Assembly: GCA_007122985.1 (NCBI GenBank)
Contig: SKSM01000067.1
Span: 1,784 to 65,783 of the forward strand
DNA length: 64,000 nucleotides
DNA from: Nitriliruptoraceae bacterium
GTDB lineage: Bacteria > Actinomycetota > Nitriliruptoria > Nitriliruptorales > Nitriliruptoraceae
Direction: 5' to 3'
Shown: positions 26,544 through 36,451 of the stretch, in pieces
Layout: each line of letters begins with the position of its first letter
How positions within the stretch are numbered: position 1 is the stretch's first letter
The notes under the pieces: generated by a model
Told to the model about the DNA's origin: nothing
The model's input: the letters and a program-made list of their open reading frames with translations, nothing else
The model's database searches: none
Position numbers and translations under genes: made by a program

Positions 26544-27412
26544 AACTCTCCGTCGTTACTGATGAGGTAAGCGCAGATCTGGAGACGTCGCTTGAAATCA
26601 TCAGCGGGTGGGGGGTCGACGCAGTGGAACTGCGCGGCATTGGTGAGCGCCGCTATCCGGCGGTCTCCGAATTCTGGCGGGCCCGCGTCCCTGAACTGAT
26701 CTATGAGTCGGGCCTCGAAGTCGCAGCTCTTTCACCCGGGCTCTTCAAGATCCCTTACCCGACGCGTCCAGGGGACGACACGCGGATCCTCCGGTGGGAG
26801 GATGCGCTGCTCTTTCAGCGATATCAAGAGGCGGAAGCCCTCGTGCGACACCACCTCGAAGTCTTGTTGCCGCAGAGCATCGAAGCGGCTCAGCAGTTGG
26901 GTGCGCCGACCGTGGTGTGCTTCAGCTTCGATCGGGTCGGTTCGGACGCAGGCGAACATGTGGCGCCGGAAGCGGTCGTTGACATCCTCCGCCATGCAGC
27001 TGCGCAGACCGCTGAGGCCGGCCTAACGCTCGCGATCGAGGTCGAACACGTCTGCTGGGGCGACACGGGCGCCCGCACCGCCGAGCTACTTCGCCGGATC
27101 GACCATCCCGCGGTCGGTATCAACTGGGACCCCGCCAATGCCTACCGAAGCGGCGAGGATCACCCATTCCCCCACGGCTACGGCGACGTTCGCGACCGTC
27201 TGCGGCACGTCCACTTCAAGGATGCCTATACGGATCCGTCCACCGGTCTCCGTTGGTTTGGATCCGAGGGCGTCGTGGACTGGGAGGGACAAGTGGCTGC
27301 GCTGCGTGACGATGGCTATGACGGGTTCATCTCTGTCGAAACCCACGATCGACCGAAGGTCGCACGTACGAGAGATGCGGTCGAGCGTCTGAGAGGTCTG
27401 GGCGTGCAATGA
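26540..27412 (+). CDS. sugar phosphate isomerase/epimerase (xylose isomerase-like TIM barrel), second paralogue
   Basis: 290 aa. LAIEVEH, HVHFKD and YDGFISVETHD motifs. GTGA overlap with the previous gene. Confidence 0.8.
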   Translation: MKLSVVTDEVSADLETSLEIISGWGVDAVELRGIGERRYPAVSEFWRARVPELIYESGLEVAALSPGLFKIPYPTRPGDDTRILRWEDALLFQRYQEAEALVRHHLEVLLPQSIEAAQQLGAPTVVCFSFDRVGSDAGEHVAPEAVVDILRHAAAQTAEAGLTLAIEVEHVCWGDTGARTAELLRRIDHPAVGINWDPANAYRSGEDHPFPHGYGDVRDRLRHVHFKDAYTDPSTGLRWFGSEGVVDWEGQVAALRDDGYDGFISVETHDRPKVARTRDAVERLRGLGVQ

Positions 27413-28311
27413 CTACGCGGCCTGGTGGGATCGTCTGTCCCCTCGCGACACCCCTCGACCATGACGAGCGACTCGATCGAGCGGGCCTAGTGCAGTTGAT
27501 CGACCGAGTGCTGCCATACGTCGATGGAATCTTCCTCCTTGGGTCCTCTAGCGAGTACCCACTCCTGCGGGACGAAGTCGCGGCCGAAGTCGTCGAGGTA
27601 GCGATCGATCACATTGCTGGCGTCGTTCCCGTGTACATCGGCGTGGGAGACACGAGCACGGCTCGTGCCGTCGATCGGCTCCCGAAGGCTGCAGAGTCCG
27701 GCGCCAATTATGCGGTCGCCTTGTCGGGGTTCTACCACTCCGTGCCGGTCCAGTCGGCGCTCGAGCGGCACTTCCTTCAGATCGCAGAATCCTCACGATT
27801 GCCGGTGATCCTTTACAACATCCCCCAGAACACGGCAAACGCGTTAACGCCTCAAACGGTGGTCTCGCTAGCTGAACATCCTAATATCGTGGGGATAAAG
27901 GACAGCTCTGGGGACATGATCTCGTTCTCGGGTTTTCTAGGTGCACAATCGCCGTCCTTCAGCGTCATGCAGGGGCGTGAGCATCTCGCTGCCGCTTCCA
28001 TGTGGCTAGGGGCAGACGGGGTCATATCCGCGCTCGGGAACCTCACGCCGAACCTGCTCCAGCGGCTCGCGATGGCGGTAAGGCAAGGGGAGCGTGTTGC
28101 AGCTCTCGAACTGCAACGTGAGGTAGAGACTGTTGCCCAGGTATTCGCTCAAGGGCACTGGCTCAGCGCCCTCAAAGTTAGCCTAGGAGTGCTCGGGATT
28201 GGCTCGGGGCAAATCGTCTCGCCGCAGCCAGCGCTTACTGATGATCAGTACAGCGCAGTGTTGGGAATCCTGAAGAAGGTCGGACTTCTATCGGAGGCAG
28301 GACATGGATGA
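27409..28311 (+). CDS. DHDPS/N-acetylneuraminate-lyase family class I aldolase or dehydratase
   Basis: LLGSSSEYPLL and VGIKDSSGD (Schiff-base Lys context). ATGA overlap with the previous gene. Confidence 0.85.
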   Translation: MTTRPGGIVCPLATPLDHDERLDRAGLVQLIDRVLPYVDGIFLLGSSSEYPLLRDEVAAEVVEVAIDHIAGVVPVYIGVGDTSTARAVDRLPKAAESGANYAVALSGFYHSVPVQSALERHFLQIAESSRLPVILYNIPQNTANALTPQTVVSLAEHPNIVGIKDSSGDMISFSGFLGAQSPSFSVMQGREHLAAASMWLGADGVISALGNLTPNLLQRLAMAVRQGERVAALELQREVETVAQVFAQGHWLSALKVSLGVLGIGSGQIVSPQPALTDDQYSAVLGILKKVGLLSEAGHG

Positions 28312-29137
28312 TACTGAGATCCAGAAGAAGTCCCCTTCCGGGCCGACCGCTGCAAGTATTCGCTGGAAGGCGTTGGGATCAGCTGCCTCGATATTCGGTA
28401 CACCGTTGCTCACGGCTATCGGACTGTTCGTCGCATGGGAGTTGCTCGTACCCGCGTTTGACGTGCCCTCTTACATCCTGCCAGTTCCTACCGCCTTCTT
28501 TGCGTACATCGTGGAAGAGGCGGCGTTACTCTGGGAGCATACGCAGGTGACGGCCACGGAGATAATCTGGGGTTTTCTCATCGCTACAGCGACGAGCATT
28601 CCATTAGGTTTGATCATCGCATCGGTTAAGTGGGTCGAAAGAGCTTTCTATCCGTTGATCGTCTTTTTTCAAATCATTCCGAAGATCGCGATCGCACCTC
28701 TTTTTATCATCTGGTTCGGATTTGGTATCACACCCAAGATCCTCGTCACGTTCCTATTGTGTTTCTTCCCAACACTTGTGTCGAGCATCTTCGGCTTCAA
28801 AGCGGTTAGTCAGCAACTCCTCTACATTACACAGACCATGGGAGCGAGTCGTTGGCAGACTTTCCGATACATCCGACTACCTGTAGCGTTGCCACACATC
28901 TTTTCCGGCCTCCAGGTTTCCGTTGTACTAGCGGCGACAGGCGCGATCGTTGGTGAGTTCGTTGGCGCGCAAGCTGGCCTTGGTTACCTGTTGATGCGAG
29001 GTACAGCCTTCTTGAACACCGAACTCGTATTCGCGGCCTTGGCCGTGCTGAGCGTCATGGGGGTGGTATTTAGCTACCTAGTAACGATGGCGGAGAATCT
29101 GTTGATGCCGTGGCGAAGGAAGTCGGTATCGACATGA
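28304..29137 (+). CDS. ABC transporter permease (NitT/TauT-type, BPD transport domain)
   Basis: 277 aa. Six hydrophobic segments and an EAA-like loop (TQTMGASRWQTFRYIRLPVALP). Confidence 0.85.
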   Translation: MDDTEIQKKSPSGPTAASIRWKALGSAASIFGTPLLTAIGLFVAWELLVPAFDVPSYILPVPTAFFAYIVEEAALLWEHTQVTATEIIWGFLIATATSIPLGLIIASVKWVERAFYPLIVFFQIIPKIAIAPLFIIWFGFGITPKILVTFLLCFFPTLVSSIFGFKAVSQQLLYITQTMGASRWQTFRYIRLPVALPHIFSGLQVSVVLAATGAIVGEFVGAQAGLGYLLMRGTAFLNTELVFAALAVLSVMGVVFSYLVTMAENLLMPWRRKSVST

Positions 29138-29267
29138 CACGGAGCGTAGCCATGCCGCATGAGAGCGTCCGGGCGACCCGCTCGGTCAGGGGCCTATACC
29201 CATCGGGCCCACAGGGTCGGTTCGGCCTCTGGCCGGCCCGACGAATCAGCCCCGCGAGGTGATGAAC

Positions 29268-30353
29268 ATGAGACGATTCACTAGATATTTCGCACTACTC
29301 GCCGTTGGCGCGCTAGTGCTGGTCGCATGCGACGCCGAGGAGCCCGAGGTCACCGATGACCCCGACGAGGTCGCAGAGCCAGAAGAGGTCGAGGAGCCCG
29401 AGGAAGAGCCCGAGGAGGTGGAGGAACCGGAAGCGGACAGTGTCACTTTGACACTGAACTGGCTGGCTGGTGGGCCACAGGCTGGATTCACGTACGCGAA
29501 GGACCTGGGCTACTACGAAGAGGAGAACCTGGACGTCGAGATTCAAGAGGGCGAGGGTTCGGTCACCACGGCCCAGCTCGTCGCTACCGGCGGGACTGAC
29601 ATCGGTTTCGCTGATGGTATGGCGGCGATGCAGCTGCGAGGGCAAGACGCTCCGGTCACAATCGTGAGCCCGATCTTGCAGACGAACGCTTATGCCACGA
29701 TCTCCCTGGCCGAGACCGGAATCGAATCGATCGAGGATCTTGAGGGCAAGCGCGTCGGCGTTCAGCCGGACGGATCTCCGGGCTTGATGCTGCCGGCGAT
29801 CCTGCAGGCCCACGGCCTGACGGAGGACGATATCGATCGGGTGGACTCCGACCCCGCCGCGCTCGTGCCGGCTCTGCTCCAGGGCGAGGTGGATGCGATC
29901 CTGGGTGGAGCCGATGCCCAGGCAGTGAGCATCCGAGCCGAAGGTGAAGAGACCAACGAGCAGTTCCACGCGGAGAGCGGTGCTCCGACGATCGGCCTGT
30001 CGATTCTCGTCAATGACTCCATGATCGACGAGCAGCCTGATGTGATCGAGCGGTTCGTTCGTGCAAGCATCCGGGGATGGGCCGCGGCGCGTGAGGATCC
30101 GACTGCTGCAGCTCAGTCGATCGCCGACGCCTTCCCGACGTCAGCGACAGACCTCGATCAGGTCGAGGAGCAACTGCGCGTGGACCTCTCGGTGTTGTGC
30201 GCTGAAGGCGCCGAGGATGTCGGCGACGCACCGGATGACGTGTGGGAGTCGTCACATCAGATCGGGATCGACTACATGGAACTGAACCCTGATCTCCCGC
30301 TCGATGAGTACTTCACCCGCCAGTTCCTCCCCGACGACGCACCAGCCTGCTGA
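29268..30353 (+). CDS. ABC transporter substrate-binding lipoprotein (NMT1/THI5-like, NitT/TauT-type) with acidic PEE-repeat linker
   Basis: Signal peptide plus lipobox LVLVAC; linker PEEVEEPEEEPEEVEEPE; SBP body (LTLNWLAGGPQAGF...). Start could be 29259, 29262 or 29268. Confidence 0.8.
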   Translation: MRRFTRYFALLAVGALVLVACDAEEPEVTDDPDEVAEPEEVEEPEEEPEEVEEPEADSVTLTLNWLAGGPQAGFTYAKDLGYYEEENLDVEIQEGEGSVTTAQLVATGGTDIGFADGMAAMQLRGQDAPVTIVSPILQTNAYATISLAETGIESIEDLEGKRVGVQPDGSPGLMLPAILQAHGLTEDDIDRVDSDPAALVPALLQGEVDAILGGADAQAVSIRAEGEETNEQFHAESGAPTIGLSILVNDSMIDEQPDVIERFVRASIRGWAAAREDPTAAAQSIADAFPTSATDLDQVEEQLRVDLSVLCAEGAEDVGDAPDDVWESSHQIGIDYMELNPDLPLDEYFTRQFLPDDAPAC

Positions 30354-30375
30354 GTAAGCACGAAGGAGTCACGGA

Positions 30376-31182
30376 GTGAGCGCCTCAACGCCTTCAGGCG
30401 AGCAAGAGACGACTGGTCACCAGGTGACCATCGACGACGTCTCAAAGACGTACGTCTCTTCAAAGAAGTACGTTGAGGCGCTCAAGCCGATCAGTCTAGA
30501 CATCGATGCAGGCGAATTCGTCAGCGTTGTTGGTCCGAGCGGGTGCGGCAAGAGCACACTGCTGCTGTTGATCGCCGGCTTGATCAAGCCATCCTCTGGT
30601 GAGATCCGGGTCGGTGGGGAACGAGTCACGGAACCACTCACCGACGTTGGCATCGTCTTCCAGGATCATCTGCTGCTCGAGTTTCGAACGGCTGAGGAGA
30701 ACGTCCTCCTTCAGACCCAAGTACGGAAGCACCCCAAAGATGAAGCGAAAGAGGCTGCAGCTGCGCTGTTCACGCAGCTAGGTCTTGAGGACGCAGAATC
30801 GCGGTATCCCAAGCAGCTCTCTGGTGGGATGCAACAACGGGTGTCGATCGCTCGGGCGCTCATTCATGACCCGTCGATCCTGATGATGGATGAACCGTTC
30901 GGGGCTCTCGACGCGCTCACACGAGCACAGATGCGTGAAGACGTCGAAGCACTTTGGCTCGCGAAGCGCAAGACAGTGTTCTTCATCACGCACAGTGTTG
31001 AGGAAGCGGTAGGTCTGTCCGACCGGGTCATTGTCTTCTCAACGTCGCCCGGCCATATCGTCGACGAACTGAAAATCGAACTTCCTCGTCCCCGCCCCGT
31101 TGAACTTGGCAGCGAGCGCGCTTTCGTTGAATATTCGGAACGCATATACGCCCGATTTCGAGAGATGGGTGTCTTGAAATAG
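30376..31182 (+). CDS. ABC transporter ATP-binding protein (NitT/TauT-type)
   Basis: Walker A GPSGCGKST, signature LSGGMQQRV, Walker B ILMMDEP. GTG start 7 nt after AAGGAG. Confidence 0.9.
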   Translation: MSASTPSGEQETTGHQVTIDDVSKTYVSSKKYVEALKPISLDIDAGEFVSVVGPSGCGKSTLLLLIAGLIKPSSGEIRVGGERVTEPLTDVGIVFQDHLLLEFRTAEENVLLQTQVRKHPKDEAKEAAAALFTQLGLEDAESRYPKQLSGGMQQRVSIARALIHDPSILMMDEPFGALDALTRAQMREDVEALWLAKRKTVFFITHSVEEAVGLSDRVIVFSTSPGHIVDELKIELPRPRPVELGSERAFVEYSERIYARFREMGVLK

Positions 31183-31201
31183 TTGGAGAAGGAGGCTGCT
31201 G

Positions 31202-32191
31202 GTGTCAACAAATCCGATACGCGTGGGACTGGTGGGCGCAGGTGCCATCGCACAGGTAGCACAACTGCCAGCCCTAGCAACACATCCCGACGTGGAGATC
31301 GCCGGAGTCGTGACACGTTCGGAAGATAGCGCTCGCCGTAATCTTCGACGCTGGCCGATCGATGCTTCCTATGGCAGTGTTGAAGCCATGATCGAGGCAG
31401 CACATCTCGACGCGCTGTTCGTGCTAACTCCAAAGCATGATCACGTCCGGTTTGTCGAGGTCGGCTTACGTTCGGGACTTGATGTGTTCTGTGAGAAGCC
31501 GCTGGCTACCACAGCGTTTCAAGCGAGCGAACTCGCGCAGCTGGCGGAGGAGTCTGGGCAGCTGTTGATGGTTGGCTTCAATCGGCGCTACGCGGAGGTG
31601 TATCGACGGGCCTATGATCAGCTGAATGGCAAGCAGATACGTTTCTGCGTCGCCCAGAAGAACAGGCCTGGATCTGAGTATCGCGCAACGCTTGAGAACG
31701 CGATACATATGGTCGATCTCCTGCGGTGGTTCTGTGGTGAAGCCACGGATATTGCTGCACATTCAGTGGCTTCTGAACCGTATGAAGAAGAAGGAACAAT
31801 GGCACTAATTCGGTTTGACACCGGGGCCATTGGAACACTCGTTGCTGCGCGATGTGCCGGAGAATGGGATGAGCGACTAGATCTATATGGCGGCATGACA
31901 TCACTCCGAGTGACTGCACCCGATCAGCTCGCTACCAGCGCTGATGGTGTGACCTCCCTTGTGGAGATGCGGCCGCGAGCGAGCGGTTGGGCACAAGCGA
32001 CAGAAACCATGGGTTTCGCCCCGGCTGTGCGGCATTTCATCGATCGTGTTGCCGACCGTCAGCAGCCGTTAACGAACGGACGTGACGCCGCACGTACCCA
32101 ACAGCTGATCGAAGACGTCATCACCGCTGCAGGTCTACCGACGGAAGATCACCCGGATGTCTCGTCGATGTGGAAGTCTGTCGCACAGTAG
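31202..32191 (+). CDS. Gfo/Idh/MocA family NAD(P)-dependent oxidoreductase
   Basis: Rossmann N-terminus RVGLVGAGAIAQ and the EKP motif (FCEKPLA). Confidence 0.85.
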   Translation: MSTNPIRVGLVGAGAIAQVAQLPALATHPDVEIAGVVTRSEDSARRNLRRWPIDASYGSVEAMIEAAHLDALFVLTPKHDHVRFVEVGLRSGLDVFCEKPLATTAFQASELAQLAEESGQLLMVGFNRRYAEVYRRAYDQLNGKQIRFCVAQKNRPGSEYRATLENAIHMVDLLRWFCGEATDIAAHSVASEPYEEEGTMALIRFDTGAIGTLVAARCAGEWDERLDLYGGMTSLRVTAPDQLATSADGVTSLVEMRPRASGWAQATETMGFAPAVRHFIDRVADRQQPLTNGRDAARTQQLIEDVITAAGLPTEDHPDVSSMWKSVAQ

Positions 32192-32209
32192 GATCAGACA
32201 GGAGCGAAC

Positions 32210-33223
32210 ATGACCACTTTGAAGATCGGCACCTATCTCCCGAACTTCTCGTACGGAGATGACGGGCTCGATCATTCAGCGCGCCTGAAGAACTGGATCA
32301 TCCGCTCGGAGGAGCTGGGGCTTGACTCGATCTGGGTGACGGACCATCTCCTGCGTGCACGGGACATGTACGCCCGGACATGGCTGGAGCCGCTTACGAG
32401 CCTGTCCTTCGCAGCGGGGCTGACAAGGCGTGTGCAGCTGGGACCAGGCGTCCTACTTCTCCCGCTTCGGGACCCGGTCCTGCTCGCCAAGGAGATCGCC
32501 AGCATCCAGGCGCTCTCAGGTGGACGCTTCATCCTGGGTGCAGGGACGGGTTGGTTCGGTCCTGAGTTCGAGGCAACAGGTACCTCGAAGGCGGTTCGTG
32601 GTGCGCGGACGGATGAGGTCTTGGAGGTGGTCCGCGAGCTGTTGACAGGCAAGCCGGTCACGTTCAAGGGTCAGTTCGTCGACATCTCGGATGTCACGAT
32701 CGAACCGTCCCCGAGCCCGACGCCGATCTGGGCAGGAGGTGGAAGCCAGCTTGCCCATCCGGGGTCCGTCGAGAAGCCACGCTTGGCTGCGCCTGTGGCT
32801 AGGCGGATCGCACGAGCAGACGGTTGGTTCACGCGCCCGACGGCTCAACCCTCGCAGATTGTTGAGGATTGGAAGCAACTACAGCCGTACATCGAGGAGG
32901 TTGGACGTAGCCCAACGGATATCGAGCTGGGTCACGGTCAACTTCTTTACCTGAGTGACAAGCGTGACCGTGCGAGCGCGCTAGAGGAACAGCATCGAGT
33001 TGCGGCGGACATCCTAGGTCACAACCGGAGCCGTGAGCAGCTTGAGCAGTCCTACCTGTTCGGAACCATCGATGAGGTGATCGAAGAGTGTCGCCGCCGC
33101 GCTGACATCGGTGTGGAGCATCTGATTCTGCATCCTCTGACGGATGATCCCGAGCAGATGGAATTGTGGGGACGCGAGCTGATCCCAGCGCTCAAGGAGA
33201 TGGAAGTCGGTCCGCGGCTATGA
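32210..33223 (+). CDS. LLM-class (luciferase-like) flavin/F420-dependent oxidoreductase
   Basis: 337 aa. SIWVTDHL and GRFILGAGTGW motifs typical of luciferase-like monooxygenases. Confidence 0.8.
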   Translation: MTTLKIGTYLPNFSYGDDGLDHSARLKNWIIRSEELGLDSIWVTDHLLRARDMYARTWLEPLTSLSFAAGLTRRVQLGPGVLLLPLRDPVLLAKEIASIQALSGGRFILGAGTGWFGPEFEATGTSKAVRGARTDEVLEVVRELLTGKPVTFKGQFVDISDVTIEPSPSPTPIWAGGGSQLAHPGSVEKPRLAAPVARRIARADGWFTRPTAQPSQIVEDWKQLQPYIEEVGRSPTDIELGHGQLLYLSDKRDRASALEEQHRVAADILGHNRSREQLEQSYLFGTIDEVIEECRRRADIGVEHLILHPLTDDPEQMELWGRELIPALKEMEVGPRL

Positions 33224-34092
33224 CAGTGCTTGCACGTCTGCAGTGGGGGGACGCAACACCACGTATTGGGATCGTAGAAGACGGCCTGGTTCACCTGACG
33301 TATTTCGAGTCGCTCCTTGACTGGTTCGAGGCTGAGCGGACGTCGTGGGCGGGTATATCACTTGATTGGGATCAGCTCCTCCGTGGGTCTGTGGAGGGGT
33401 ACCGTGTCCTTGCGCCACTTGCTCCACCGGAGGTTTGGGGCTATGGCTTCACCTACGAGCGTGGTTCGCAGTTCACAACATCTCCCGTGATCCCTACTGG
33501 AGCGGCATACGAACATGCGATCGCCTCTGGGCGCCCCGAGATCTTCTTCAAGACGACCGCCTGGCGTGTGGTGGGGCCAGAACAGGAGATCGGCATTCGT
33601 GGCGATGCGGGCTACACAGCAGCGGAAGCAGAGCTGTGTGTCATCATCGACGGTGACGCTCGCCCGATACTCTTCACGGCCGGCAACGATGTATCCGCCT
33701 GGGACATCGAGGCGCGTAATCCGCTCTGGCTCGCTCAAGGCAAGACCTACGAGTCATGCTGTTCCCTTGGGCCCGTCGCTGTGACCAGGGACGAGCTGCG
33801 ACCGAACGCAGAGATCCGGTGCCGCATCTCCCGTTCCGGTGAGCCGCTATTCGAAGGCAGCAACCGCATCGACAGGATGCATTGGAGTTTCGACGAGCTT
33901 GCACAGTTCGCTGCGGCGTTCAATCCGCTTCCACCAGGCACGGTGTTGATGACCGGAACGGGGATCGTCCGACCAGACGCGGAGAGTCTCGTTGACGGTG
34001 ACATCGTCGAGATCAGCATCGAGGGCATCGGCGTCCTGCGCAACCGTGCTGCAAAGCTCTCGTCCCCCGTTCCCTACCGTCCCTATGAGTGA
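33220..34092 (+). CDS. fumarylacetoacetate hydrolase (FAH) family protein
   Basis: ATG 33220 (ATGA overlap with the LLM gene). EAELCVIIDG and GNDVSAWDIE metal/active-site contexts of the FAH fold. Confidence 0.8.
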   Translation: MTVLARLQWGDATPRIGIVEDGLVHLTYFESLLDWFEAERTSWAGISLDWDQLLRGSVEGYRVLAPLAPPEVWGYGFTYERGSQFTTSPVIPTGAAYEHAIASGRPEIFFKTTAWRVVGPEQEIGIRGDAGYTAAEAELCVIIDGDARPILFTAGNDVSAWDIEARNPLWLAQGKTYESCCSLGPVAVTRDELRPNAEIRCRISRSGEPLFEGSNRIDRMHWSFDELAQFAAAFNPLPPGTVLMTGTGIVRPDAESLVDGDIVEISIEGIGVLRNRAAKLSSPVPYRPYE

Positions 34093-34103
34093 CAGGACGG
34101 ACC

Positions 34104-34863
34104 GTGAGTGTCTTGACAGGTCGGGTCGTTCTCGTGGCGGGTGGAAGTAGGGGCATTGGGGCCGCCGTCGCCAGGTCCGTAGCGAAAGAACGCGCACGAG
34201 TTGGATTCTGCTACCGCAGTGCACACGAAGCGGCCCAGCAGCTCTGCACGACGCTCGAGAGCCTCGGAGCTGAGTCTCGGTGCTATAAGACCGACGTGCC
34301 AGACAGGGGAGCAGGTGCAGGACCTCGTTGCAAAGGTGGAGCGCGACTTCGGGCGCACCGATGGCCTCGTGAACAACGCCAGGATTATGCCAATGGGTCA
34401 ATCGATCGAGGTAGGCGGGGACACCTGGTGCATCGTGCTAGATGCCAACCTCAGTGGTGCGTTCTTCTGTACGCAGTCTGCGGTGCCGGGGATACTCGCG
34501 TAGGGGAACGGTAGCGTTGTGATGGTCACCTCCCGGCTCGCACAGGTTGGGCTAGCACCGACTGCTGCCTACTGCGTAAGTAAGACGGGACTGATCGGGC
34601 AAACACAGTCGCTCGCCATCGAGTTCGCGTCGGGAGGTGTTCGTGTCAATGTCGTTGCACCAGCGGTTGTGAATAACGATTTGAGCGCGGCGAGTCTGAA
34701 GACCGGAGCTAGCGCTCCCCATGCCTCAGAGTTTCCTCTTGGCTGCTTCGCAGAGCCGAATGAGATCGTGGCGAGCGTGCTGTTCCGCCTGAGCGATTCC
34801 GCAGCCCACTCTACGGGACAGGCGCTGAACCCGAACGTGGGTAGCTACATGCAACAAACATGA
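34104..34863 (+). pseudogene. short-chain dehydrogenase/reductase (SDR) gene disrupted by a frameshift and an in-frame TAG
   Basis: Frame 0 carries VLVAGGSRGIGAAV (cofactor motif) up to about 34305. Frame +1 then carries EQVQDLVAKVERDFGRTDGLVNNA...AVPGILA, stopped by TAG 34501-34503. The same frame continues GNGSVVMVTS...AAYCVSKTGL (catalytic YxxxK). Confidence 0.75.
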
Positions 34864-34876
34864 GATCGGTATCACG

Positions 34877-36451
34877 ATGAAGTTGATAACGGTGCAGGAT
34901 GCTGTCCAACTCGTGCCCGACGAAGCAACGTTGCTCATCGTAGGCGCTGGTGATGGCCTTGTCGTCCCTCAACTCTTCATAGATCAGTTGGCCCAATACT
35001 TTGTTGAGACAGGTCGACCGCGTGAACTGACAACCGTACGTGTTGTCGGGATTGGCGATTGGGCTGATCGCGGATTCTCTCAGCTCGCCATACCTGGATT
35101 GATGAAGAGAACCATCGGAAGCAATATTGGTAATGAGCCAGAGCTCGGAGAGATGGTTCGTCGCAATGAGATCGAGGCCTACTCATTGCCTCAAGGTGTC
35201 CTCTCGCAACTGATACGTGATATCGGAGGGGGGCGGCCTGGCGCGATCACACGAACCGGACTCCACACCTTTGTTGACCCTCGGCAGTCGGGTGGGAAAC
35301 AGAACGACATCACGACATGTGACATAGTGGAAGTCGTTACGCTGAAGAATGAAGAGTATCTCTTCTATCACGCCTTTCCTATAGATGTAGCTGTCATTCG
35401 TGGCACGACTGCAGATGAAGATGGAAACCTCACCATGGACGGTGAAGTCTTTGAGGGCGAGATGTTGGCATCTGCGATCGCTGCCCGCAACAGCGGGGGC
35501 ATCGTGATAGCACAAGTGAAGTACCTTGCAGCCCGTGGCTCCCTAGCCCAACGGATGGTGCGTGTTCCAGGGGCACTGATCGATTACGTGTATGTGGACG
35601 CCGCTCAGCGGCAGACCTATGCGACGGAGAACTCCCCCTACTACTCGGGTGCACTTCGGCGGCCGCCGACGGTGGCGGAGTACGTTGGGCTTGACAGACG
35701 GAAGGTGATCGCGCGCCGAGCGCTCTTGGAGTTCAGAGCGGGCGATATCGTGAACCTTGGTTTCGGCATAAGCATGGGCATCGGCGCCATTGCATTCGAG
35801 GAGGGCATCGCCGACAGGTTGTGCTTGACGGTAGAGGTAGGAGTCTTCGGGGGCGTTCCCATGTCTGGCGAGGACGGTGGTGCCGGTTTCAACTACCAGG
35901 CAATCATCGGACAACCCTCAATGTTCGACCTCTACGACGGTGGTGGACTCGACATCGCGAGCCTGTCGTTCGCTGAGGTCGACGCGGTGGGGAATGTGAA
36001 CGTGCACGCATTCGCTGGTCGTCTTCGGGGCCCGGGCGGTTTTCCGAACATCAGCTCGAAGACGAAGCGTCTCTGCTTCGTGGGTTCGTTGACAAGCGGT
36101 GGTCTACACACCGAAGTTGTCGATGGCTCGATCCAGATATCCAGGGAAGGTGATGTGCAGAAGTTCGTTCCTGAGGTGAATGAGATCACTTTCAATGGTC
36201 GCGTTGCACGTGAGCGAGGACAGCAGGTTCTTTTCATCACCGAGCGGGCAGTGTTTGCCCTGACCGACAGAGGGGTGACTTTGACCGAGATTGCTCCAGG
36301 TCTCGACATCGAGCGGGATGTCATCGAGCATATGGGCTTTCGTCCAGCGATCGCGCAGGAGGTGCGGTCTATGGATCCAAGATTGTTCATGCCGGAACAG
36401 ATGGGATTAGTTGCGGACTTGGGTAAGTCAGATCGGATCGGACGTGGATGA
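34877..36451 (+). CDS. family I CoA-transferase (acyl-CoA:acetate/3-ketoacid CoA-transferase, YdiF-like fused alpha-beta)
   Basis: 524 aa single-chain enzyme. N-terminal VQDAVQLVPDEATLLIVG; mid-protein LTVEVGVFGGVP (catalytic Glu context). Confidence 0.8.
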   Translation: MKLITVQDAVQLVPDEATLLIVGAGDGLVVPQLFIDQLAQYFVETGRPRELTTVRVVGIGDWADRGFSQLAIPGLMKRTIGSNIGNEPELGEMVRRNEIEAYSLPQGVLSQLIRDIGGGRPGAITRTGLHTFVDPRQSGGKQNDITTCDIVEVVTLKNEEYLFYHAFPIDVAVIRGTTADEDGNLTMDGEVFEGEMLASAIAARNSGGIVIAQVKYLAARGSLAQRMVRVPGALIDYVYVDAAQRQTYATENSPYYSGALRRPPTVAEYVGLDRRKVIARRALLEFRAGDIVNLGFGISMGIGAIAFEEGIADRLCLTVEVGVFGGVPMSGEDGGAGFNYQAIIGQPSMFDLYDGGGLDIASLSFAEVDAVGNVNVHAFAGRLRGPGGFPNISSKTKRLCFVGSLTSGGLHTEVVDGSIQISREGDVQKFVPEVNEITFNGRVARERGQQVLFITERAVFALTDRGVTLTEIAPGLDIERDVIEHMGFRPAIAQEVRSMDPRLFMPEQMGLVADLGKSDRIGRG

